DNA from: Candidatus Heimdallarchaeota archaeon
Lineage (GTDB): Archaea; Asgardarchaeota; Heimdallarchaeia; Heimdallarchaeales; Heimdallarchaeaceae
Length of the DNA: 24,000 bases
Reading direction: 5' to 3'
Assembly (NCBI GenBank): GCA_030611665.1
Contig: JAUWPI010000018.1
Span: 1-24,000 of the forward strand
Shown: positions 16,786 through 23,707 of the stretch, one piece after another
Layout: each line of letters opens with the position of its first letter
Position numbering within the stretch: the first letter of the stretch is position 1
Translations under genes and position numbers: made by a program
The notes under the pieces: model-generated
The model's database searches: none
What the model saw: only the letters and a program-made list of their open reading frames with translations
Told to the model about the DNA's origin: nothing

Positions 16786-17373
16786 ATGAATCAGTTACAA
16801 AAAATAATATGTGTTGGCTCAGCATTTGTTGGAAAAACTTCGTTAGCAAGAAGGTTTACACTAAATACCTTTATTCACAGCTACATTCCAACATTAGGTG
16901 TAAGTTGGTTAACAAAAACATTAACCTTTACGCCAGAGCAATTGAATGAGAATATGTTAAAGAAAATATACACAGACCCTGAAACTATCAGGCTATCTTG
17001 TTGGGATACGGGAGGGCAGGAAATGTTCACTTACCTTCGTCCAAAATACTATGTAGGTGCTACATGTGCGATTATAGTTTTTGATATTACTAATCAAAAC
17101 TCATTTGACGATGTGGATATTTGGACAAATGAAGTTCTTTCAAGAGTACCTGATATCCCTATTATTCTCAGTGGAAATAAATATGATTTAAAAGATGCTA
17201 GAGCAGTATCCCGTGATGATGCAATAGCTTTTGCTAAACTTCATCGATTTGATTATGTTGAAACATCTGCACTTTCAGCACATAACGTTGATAAACTATT
17301 TTATCATGCTGGACGATTGGGAAAGCAATTTAGCGAAGAACATCTTAAATTTAGAACAGAGTACATACTATAA
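16786..17373 (+). CDS. Rab/Ras-like small GTPase
   Basis: G1: 'GSAFVGKTSL'. Switch I: 'YIPTLGV'. G3: 'WDTGGQE'. 'YYVGA' resembles the Rab YYRGA motif. G4: 'GNKYDL'. G5: 'ETSAL'. GGAGG (16774..16778) lies 7 nt upstream of ATG 16786. The track's alternative start at 16765 would add MWCGGKK. Confidence 0.85.
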   Translation: MNQLQKIICVGSAFVGKTSLARRFTLNTFIHSYIPTLGVSWLTKTLTFTPEQLNENMLKKIYTDPETIRLSCWDTGGQEMFTYLRPKYYVGATCAIIVFDITNQNSFDDVDIWTNEVLSRVPDIPIILSGNKYDLKDARAVSRDDAIAFAKLHRFDYVETSALSAHNVDKLFYHAGRLGKQFSEEHLKFRTEYIL

Positions 17374-17387
17374 TAAAAACACCCTCC

Positions 17388-17395
17388 TTTTTTTT
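17388..17395 (+). terminator. Oligo-T tract downstream of the GTPase gene
   Basis: A T8 run lies 15 nt after the TAA stop. Archaeal RNA polymerase commonly terminates at oligo-T tracts. Confidence 0.4.
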
Positions 17396-17451
17396 CTACT
17401 TTCTTTTAATGAATAAAAATCTTTTATAATCATAAAAACTTGTATTAGCTT

Positions 17452-18612
17452 ATGAGTACTGAGTTATCAATTGTTTCTGAGTATACTTCAATCAATCTTG
17501 ATGAACCGCTATCAAAAGTGTTTGAATATTTTAAAGAAAATGTACGTGAAGTTCTAGTTTTTGACGAAAAAAGCGTCTTCTTTGGTTATCTTACAAAGAA
17601 GAATATAACAAGGCAATCTAGAATACAACCTAATACTAAAGTATCCAACTTACTCCAGAAAGTTCCAACTGTTAAGAGGAATTCCTCTGTTGATGATATA
17701 GCCAGAGCTCTTTTATCTGCAAAGATAAATACTGTTCCTATCGAAGACGAGGGAAAAATCATTGGTGTTTTTAGGGACATCGATGTCATCAGGGTCTCTG
17801 CTGCATTGTTTAAAGATAAAACTGTGAAAGATATGATGACACCAAATCCTATCTGTGTCAGTCCTGATACTACAGCAGCAAGGCTAATCGCAATCTCTAG
17901 GACAAATAATATTTCCAGAGCACCTGTAGTTGATGAAAACAATTACTTATTAGGTATTGTTAGTCCTCACGATATGGCTGAGCTTCTAATTCCTTCATTC
18001 CCCACTAAACAAACTAGGGGAGATAGGTCAGCTGTACAACATACTCCACTCGTAGCCCCTGTTAAAGATCTTATGACTGAAGAAGTGGTTAGTTGTAAAG
18101 AAAACGAGTTGGTTCTTGAAGCTATAAGTAAGCTATACAAATCCAATCACAAAACACTAATTATAATAAACGAAGAAAATCACCCTGTTGGAGTTTTAAC
18201 TACTACAGATCTTCTTGAAACTGTAAGCATCCCACCTCAGACTGAAGGATACTATGTAAGAGTAATTGGAGATGTTGATGATGAAGACATGGAACCAATC
18301 ATTGAGATGGGTGTAGATCTTGTTAAGAAATTTGCTTCTGTGATCGGTAATTCCGGACAATTATTTATTCATGCCAAATCTATTCCAAAGAAGAAGTTTA
18401 GAGGATTTGTTCTCTATCAGATAAGATTGAGAATATCCACAGACAAAGGTCATACCTATGTAGCTAAAGCAGAAGGTTATGGAGTTTACAGTGCACATGC
18501 CGTAGCCTTAGATAGATTAGAAAGAGAAATTATCTCTGAAAGAGAATTGGCGATACAATCTAGACAATCTGGGAGTGAAAGATACCTTCTTGATGAACTT
18601 GAAGAAGTCTAA
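17452..18612 (+). CDS. Four-CBS-domain protein with a C-terminal HPF/RaiA-like (S30AE-type) domain
   Basis: Four CBS-like repeats are visible (e.g. 'INTVPIEDEGKIIGVFRDIDVIR', 'ISRAPVVDENNYLLGIVSPHDMAE', 'HKTLIIINEENHPVGVLTTTDLLE'). The C-terminus (residues 266-366) is 'GYYVRVIGDVD..MEPIIEMGVDLVKKFASVIG..QLFIHAKSIP...LYQIRLRISTDKGHTYVAKAEGYGVYSAHAVALDRLEREIISE'. This parallels the beta-alpha-beta-beta-beta-alpha layout of E. coli HPF and its 'ASAEGQDMYAAIDGLIDKLARQL' block, recalled from memory. Confidence 0.75.
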   Translation: MSTELSIVSEYTSINLDEPLSKVFEYFKENVREVLVFDEKSVFFGYLTKKNITRQSRIQPNTKVSNLLQKVPTVKRNSSVDDIARALLSAKINTVPIEDEGKIIGVFRDIDVIRVSAALFKDKTVKDMMTPNPICVSPDTTAARLIAISRTNNISRAPVVDENNYLLGIVSPHDMAELLIPSFPTKQTRGDRSAVQHTPLVAPVKDLMTEEVVSCKENELVLEAISKLYKSNHKTLIIINEENHPVGVLTTTDLLETVSIPPQTEGYYVRVIGDVDDEDMEPIIEMGVDLVKKFASVIGNSGQLFIHAKSIPKKKFRGFVLYQIRLRISTDKGHTYVAKAEGYGVYSAHAVALDRLEREIISERELAIQSRQSGSERYLLDELEEV

Positions 18613-18733
18613 CCTTCTTATTTTCTTGATTTTCTTTAGCTATTTTTCTCCTTTTTTTGCACACATCCCTCTCGCATAGTTTAAAAATGGATTAATCAAA
18701 TTCATCTTAATCCTTACTTAGAGATGATTTGAA

Positions 18734-19789
18734 ATGAGCAATAAAGAACCAAGAAAAAGAAAAAGAAATTTCGCTATGCTAAACCGTGAAGTAATAAAAC
18801 CAGGTTACTGTGTTTCATGTGGAGGATGTGAAGCTGTTTGTCCTGTTTATGTTATTTCAATTGAGCAACTAAAACCTAAACTTGTTGGAGGCTGCATTTC
18901 TTGCGGAGCTTGCATAGATATATGCTTACGATTTAAGCAAAAAGTTGAACAACCAACATATCCTGTAGACGAGATTGGAACCATTTTGGAGATTTATACA
19001 GGAAAAACTAAAGATGAAGAAATTCACTCTAAATCGCAAAATGGTGGCATTGTAACTACTTTGCTCTTAACAGCTTTGAAGAAAGGAAAAATCGATAGTT
19101 CGCTGGTGACTGCTCATGGAAGTGATTTACTAAGTCCCATGCCAACTTTAGCACTTTCTGAGTTCGATATTCGAAAGTCATCAAAATCTAAATACACTCT
19201 TAATCCCGTTCTGATAAAACTCTCATCAATTAAACTAAGTAATAAGAAAAAAGTTGCCGCAGTTGGTTTACCTTGTCATAATGAAACTTTAACTAATATA
19301 ATGGATATGAAAAACCTTGGAGCAGATTTCAGAGTGAAATACAAAATAGGTCTGTTCTGCATGAGCTGCTATGAACCAACCGGCTTTCGCGATATTATAT
19401 CTAACAGTTTGGGTCTCTCTACATCCAATCTTACAAAAACCGATTGTGCCCGTGGAAAATTCTTCTTTGAACACCCCGATGGGACGACCGATATAAAAAT
19501 CAAAGAATGTGGTAGTGCAAAAGCAGAGGGATGCAAATACTGTAAAGACTTTGCAGCTGAATTTGCAGATATCTCAATTGGTAATATTGGTGTTGATGAC
19601 GATAGCAACATCATCCTAATAAGAACCAAAGCTGGAAAAGAGTTATTCGAGTTTGCTCTTAAAGACAATTTATTAGATGTAAAGAAAATTGATGAAAGTA
19701 AATGGGAAGAAACATTAGCTCCTGCAGTCAAATTATCATCATTAAAAAGAAAAGGAGCTAAAGCTTTAGCTCCCATAGAATCAGCATAA
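18734..19789 (+). CDS. Coenzyme F420 hydrogenase/dehydrogenase beta-subunit family protein (FrhB/FdhB/FpoF-like) with an N-terminal 2x[4Fe-4S] ferredoxin domain
   Basis: 'CVSCGGCEAVCP' and 'CISCGACIDIC' clusters. FrhB_N-like: 'SQNGGIVTTLLL'. FrhB_C-like: 'VGLPCH', 'GLFCM', 'CKYCKDFAAEFADISIGNIG'. Confidence 0.8.
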   Translation: MSNKEPRKRKRNFAMLNREVIKPGYCVSCGGCEAVCPVYVISIEQLKPKLVGGCISCGACIDICLRFKQKVEQPTYPVDEIGTILEIYTGKTKDEEIHSKSQNGGIVTTLLLTALKKGKIDSSLVTAHGSDLLSPMPTLALSEFDIRKSSKSKYTLNPVLIKLSSIKLSNKKKVAAVGLPCHNETLTNIMDMKNLGADFRVKYKIGLFCMSCYEPTGFRDIISNSLGLSTSNLTKTDCARGKFFFEHPDGTTDIKIKECGSAKAEGCKYCKDFAAEFADISIGNIGVDDDSNIILIRTKAGKELFEFALKDNLLDVKKIDESKWEETLAPAVKLSSLKRKGAKALAPIESA

Positions 19790-19824
19790 TTTCCACTAAG
19801 TTCAATCTATTTAGGGTGAATTAA

Positions 19825-20574
19825 ATGCACCATATTGAGATCATTCCATTGGAATTACCAATAATCACGGAAGGCGATGATATAGCTAGTCTTATTATTG
19901 ATTCCATTCAAAAAACAACAATTCAAATCACAGATGGTGACATAATAGTAATTGCTCATACTATAATTTCTAGAGCTGAAGGCATGGAGTTTTATCTTCC
20001 ATCCCTTAACCCTTCACCTGTCGCTGAATTGATTGCTAGAAGAACCGGCAAAGATTCCTCTCTTGTTGAGCTTATATTATCAGAATCTACAAAGATTCTA
20101 AAAGTAAAAAACAATATCATTATAACAAAAACCAAACAAGGATGGATTTGTGCTAACTCTGCAGTAGATCAATCAAATACCAAACCTAACTGTGCCGTGA
20201 CTCTGCCAATTGATTCTAGCAAATCAGCAACTTTCATTGGTAAGAAATTATCTGAAACCTATCAAAAAGATCTATCTTTGTTAATAGCTGATACTCATGG
20301 TAGGGCTCTAAGGCGTGGTGCAATCAATGTAGCAATTGGTTCCTATAATTTTTCAGTTATCGATGATGCAAAAGGAAGAGAAGATATTTTTGGTTACAAG
20401 CTTAAATCAACAGTTGTAGCTTTGGCTGATGAAGTGTGTTCGGCAGCTGAACTAGTTATGGGTCAAGCTGGAGAAATGATACCTGTTGTTATAATAAGAG
20501 GATTTAAACAACGATCAATTGTTTCGGATATCAGGGAACTTCAATTTGAAGATGACCGCAGATTATTTCAATAG
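19825..20574 (+). CDS. cofE: Coenzyme F420-0:L-glutamate ligase
   Basis: 'GDIIVIAHTIISRAEG', 'GWICANSAVDQSN', 'IADTHGRALRRGAINVAIG', 'ALADEVCSAAELVMGQAGEMIPVVIIRG'. GGGTGA lies upstream of the ATG. The gene ends TAG TAA, a tandem stop. Confidence 0.85.
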   Translation: MHHIEIIPLELPIITEGDDIASLIIDSIQKTTIQITDGDIIVIAHTIISRAEGMEFYLPSLNPSPVAELIARRTGKDSSLVELILSESTKILKVKNNIIITKTKQGWICANSAVDQSNTKPNCAVTLPIDSSKSATFIGKKLSETYQKDLSLLIADTHGRALRRGAINVAIGSYNFSVIDDAKGREDIFGYKLKSTVVALADEVCSAAELVMGQAGEMIPVVIIRGFKQRSIVSDIRELQFEDDRRLFQ

Positions 20575-20580
20575 TAAAAA

Positions 20581-20600
20581 CCTTAAACTGTAATTTAAGG
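20581..20600 (+). terminator. Weak AT-rich hairpin after cofE
   Basis: CCTTAAA-ctgtaa-TTTAAGG, a perfect 7-bp stem, lies 6 nt after the stop. No T-run follows, so function is uncertain. Confidence 0.2.
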
Positions 20601-20729
20601 CTCTGAAATCAAACATTAGCTAGATTGAGCTTAAACTAAACAAACGTTTATATTCTTCTGTTTTTTAACTAGCTTAGTTGTCTGAGCTTTGTCTCAGCTG
20701 TTTAGTTAAGACAAGAGAGGTGCTATTCG

Positions 20730-21452
20730 TTGTTTAAAGGGTTAAAGAAATCTAGTGCAGAAAAAGCCAATGAACATTTAGGAAAAGCACGTTTAGCTGC
20801 TCAACATAAGAAGTATGGTGAAGCATCTGAGTACGCTGAAAAAGCCATAGAAATTTTCAAACAAAACGAGAATAGAAAACAGATAGATTTGGCAAAAGCT
20901 TTATACTATGAATATCTTGGTTTGAATGCCATTAAATTTGATAAGGCACTAGAAGCAGCAAACTACTTGGGAAGATCAGGTGGCTTTTACCATCGCTTAG
21001 GTCTGATTACGGAATACCAGAGAATTTTCCATCAACAGGCAAAAATCTTGCGTGTAATTGCTGGACAACTTATGAAAGAAAAGCGTTTTGTTGAAGCAGC
21101 ATCTCATTTTGAACAAGCTGCAATGGCTTATCAACGAATAGATAACAAGGTTGAAGAACTTGATTGCAAAGCAAAATCATATATCTCTCGTGCTGCAGCA
21201 GAGAAAAACATTTCCGGAAGAAAAGTATTTCTTAAAAAAGCTGTTGAACTCATGGAAGAAAGAGGTTCTGATGAACCGGTCATTAAAGCTCATCTAGCTT
21301 ATTATAATGCTCTATTTGTTGAAGAAGAGAAACCTCAACTAGCTTTGAAATATTATTCTGAAGCCCTTCAAAATTATCAATTAGCAGGATCTCAAGGAAG
21401 AGTTGAAGAAGTTAAAGAGAAGATGACAACTCTTACAGAAAAATCAGGTTAA
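20730..21452 (+). CDS. TPR-like helical-repeat protein with SNAP (soluble NSF attachment protein)-like sequence blocks
   Basis: TTG start preceded by GAGAGGTG about 8 nt upstream. The protein is all-helical with repeated 'A..Y..A...Y' TPR-like periodicity. Four collinear blocks resemble alpha-SNAP as I recall it (see findings). Confidence 0.6.
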   Translation: MFKGLKKSSAEKANEHLGKARLAAQHKKYGEASEYAEKAIEIFKQNENRKQIDLAKALYYEYLGLNAIKFDKALEAANYLGRSGGFYHRLGLITEYQRIFHQQAKILRVIAGQLMKEKRFVEAASHFEQAAMAYQRIDNKVEELDCKAKSYISRAAAEKNISGRKVFLKKAVELMEERGSDEPVIKAHLAYYNALFVEEEKPQLALKYYSEALQNYQLAGSQGRVEEVKEKMTTLTEKSG

Positions 21453-21591
21453 TTGTTCCTTTGTATTCTTCTTTAGGTTTTAATCAGTAGTCAACTCGAA
21501 GATATGATGTGTCTTTTACGTTAGGTAATTAAAAGAAGGTTTAAAAGACAAAAAGAGAAAAAATAACAACGATTATTCAGAGGCCGTTAAA

Positions 21592-21840
21592 TTGGTAAAA
21601 ATACTACAAGCTCTTAAAATAACTTTATTCTATTTTGTTCCATTAACAATATCTATGGGAGCAATGCTTATTTCGTTATCATTAGCAGATTTGCGACAAG
21701 TGTCAGGAGGTATAGCCTACGCCAATGAGCCAATACCAGTGTTTGCACTGTTGGGTATCTTCGTAGCTGCGGCAATTATATTCATATTCTTCCTTTTCAA
21801 GGGAGTAGGCGACATAACAGAAGCAGCATTAATAGAATAA
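21592..21840 (+). CDS. Small 2-TM membrane protein, hypothetical
   Basis: TTG start with AGAGG about 9 nt upstream. Two hydrophobic helices: 'ITLFYFVPLTISMGAMLISLSL' and 'IPVFALLGIFVAAAIIFIFFLF'. A good terminator hairpin follows. Confidence 0.4.
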   Translation: MVKILQALKITLFYFVPLTISMGAMLISLSLADLRQVSGGIAYANEPIPVFALLGIFVAAAIIFIFFLFKGVGDITEAALIE

Positions 21841-21856
21841 AATCAGATGATTAGAA

Positions 21857-21882
21857 GAAGAACTAGTTCTTCAGCTTTTTTT
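21857..21882 (+). terminator. Intrinsic-terminator-like palindrome plus T7 tract
   Basis: GAAGAACTAGTTCTTC (21857..21872) is a perfect 16-nt palindrome. It is followed by AGC and then TTTTTTT (21876..21882). It starts 17 nt after the stop of the 2-TM gene. Confidence 0.45.
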
Positions 21883-22006
21883 ATTTTCCTAGTGATTATT
21901 TGATTCTCATAAAAGGTTTTAAGTGTTTAATATTACCAACCTCAAGCACGAAAATGATATATCTATCTAAATATGTTAACCTATAGTAGTATCAGAGTTG
22001 GGAACA

Positions 22007-23698
22007 ATGATTCATGTTTCAGCTAAGAAAAAAAAATCGGTTGCTTCAGTTGAAGATTTGTTTATCAATGAACCAATACACACACGCATCTTGAGTTTCT
22101 CAGCACTAGTAAAAATTGCTTCTTTAGTTATTTTAGCAGTTCTCGCTTATTTTCTAGTCAATATTGTTGTTCAATATGAAAACTCTCCTTATTTTCCAAT
22201 TCTTATAATTCTCATAATTACAGTGTTTTTCCTTTTTTGGGTAACTTGCCTTTACTTATTATTTAGTATAACAAGCACTCAACTTGAAACAAAATTATTC
22301 AAAAAACTCTTTTCTCTTCTATTGGTGATGGGGGTTCTTTCAGCTTATTTTGCTGTGGTCATAGAAAATAAGTCTTTTACTTTGGTATCCATTATTTCTG
22401 GATTTTTCTCGTCGATAGGATCATTTCCTGAAGTGTACAATATTGTATATTATATCTTCTACGTATTTATTATCCCTATAGTTGAAGAAATAGCGAAGAT
22501 TTTCCCCATTATTATCTTGCTAGGAAACTATGTAAGATTAAATCTCAACGCTAAACGATCGATTCACACAAGACTTACTCCCTCTTTCAGAATTTTTATT
22601 TTAATAGGTGGTTTTTTTGGAGCATGGTTTGACTTGTTTGAACAATTTCTTTCCTATTCTAGCTCTTCTTCACCTCAGACCATTATTGATTTCTTAATTC
22701 TTAAACGAAGCATCTACCCTTTACACACTGTAACAACTATGCTAGCTGCTGCAGGTTTAGGGCTGGCATTCTTATATCGCAACAAACTTCCAAAAATCAC
22801 GAGAGTAGCAATAGGTGTACTGTTTCTAACTCTAAGCATTTCTATCCATAGTTTGTGGAACTATAATACAAAATTTAATACAAATATGGAAACCATGTCA
22901 CTAATTTATTCAATTCTTGGGACCTTATCTTATGTTTTGTTTGGAATATTTGTTTTATTGGCACTTTTCTATGTTCCTAGCTTTTGTTCTAAATGTTTTA
23001 CTCAACACATTGGGAAGGAATGTCCAGATACTTCATCTCACTCCCATCCTTCAAAGGAAAATCTTGAGAAAAAGAAAAATACAGAACCTCTATATGATGA
23101 AAAAACTAACTTAATGGTATGTTCACAGTGTAGAACACCTGTATATACTGGAGAATTTTGTCTGAATTGTTGGTCCTTCCCTAAAATACAATGCCAAAAC
23201 TGCAATCAAGTACTGCCGTCGTTTACACGTATTTGTTGGTCATGTGGAACAGAAGTAGATGCATTATACGAAAAGATGAGTTCCTCCTCTCCACCATTTT
23301 TCGCATCAATCGCAGTTGGATTTACTCGTATTCTAGCTGTTGGGATGTTTATCAGTTTTATTTTTACATTTACAACTATGGAATATACAATGTCATTCCT
23401 TGGGTATACTTTATTCTTACTTTCAATTATAATAGCAATATTCGTAACTGTGTTTTGGTACAGATACAAAAGAAATAGAGTAAAATCTATTATAAGTTCA
23501 ATAAACCTTCTTTCAATTGTTGCAATATCAATAATTGTGACCTCTTTGTATATGATAGTTTTTTCATTACTTTTGATAATCTCTATCTTGCACATAGTCT
23601 ATGGAATCGTAGGTATGTTATGCACACTTACATTAGTTTCTGCAAGTGTTTACTTCCTATTAAAAACATCAAAAGGAGTGAGATTAATAGTTCTATAG
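22007..23698 (+). CDS. PrsW-like intramembrane protease domain fused to a zinc-ribbon loop and an extra C-terminal TM bundle
   Basis: The track starts at TTG 21998; ATG 22007 (MIHVSAKKKK) is preferred. The N-terminal ~330 aa are polytopic, with 'PIVEEIAKIFPI' (EExxK) and 'SIHSLWNYN' (HxxxN), as in PrsW/CPBP-type proteases. Then come 'CSKCFTQHIGKEC', 'CSQCRTPVYTGEFCLNC' and 'CQNCNQVLPSFTRICWSC' (CxxC-x10-CxxC ribbons). About 4 further TM helices follow. Confidence 0.65.
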   Translation: MIHVSAKKKKSVASVEDLFINEPIHTRILSFSALVKIASLVILAVLAYFLVNIVVQYENSPYFPILIILIITVFFLFWVTCLYLLFSITSTQLETKLFKKLFSLLLVMGVLSAYFAVVIENKSFTLVSIISGFFSSIGSFPEVYNIVYYIFYVFIIPIVEEIAKIFPIIILLGNYVRLNLNAKRSIHTRLTPSFRIFILIGGFFGAWFDLFEQFLSYSSSSSPQTIIDFLILKRSIYPLHTVTTMLAAAGLGLAFLYRNKLPKITRVAIGVLFLTLSISIHSLWNYNTKFNTNMETMSLIYSILGTLSYVLFGIFVLLALFYVPSFCSKCFTQHIGKECPDTSSHSHPSKENLEKKKNTEPLYDEKTNLMVCSQCRTPVYTGEFCLNCWSFPKIQCQNCNQVLPSFTRICWSCGTEVDALYEKMSSSSPPFFASIAVGFTRILAVGMFISFIFTFTTMEYTMSFLGYTLFLLSIIIAIFVTVFWYRYKRNRVKSIISSINLLSIVAISIIVTSLYMIVFSLLLIISILHIVYGIVGMLCTLTLVSASVYFLLKTSKGVRLIVL

Positions 23699-23707
23699 GT
23701 GAATAAT

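Noticed and set aside
21495-21590. Possible C/D-box sRNA (ATGATGT at about 21505, resembling a C box) in the intergenic region upstream of the 2-TM gene
   Set aside because: The C-box-like heptamer is imperfect. No CTGA D box or terminal stem lies at an appropriate distance on the same strand. Similar weak matches at about 8660 and about 15870 also lack D boxes.
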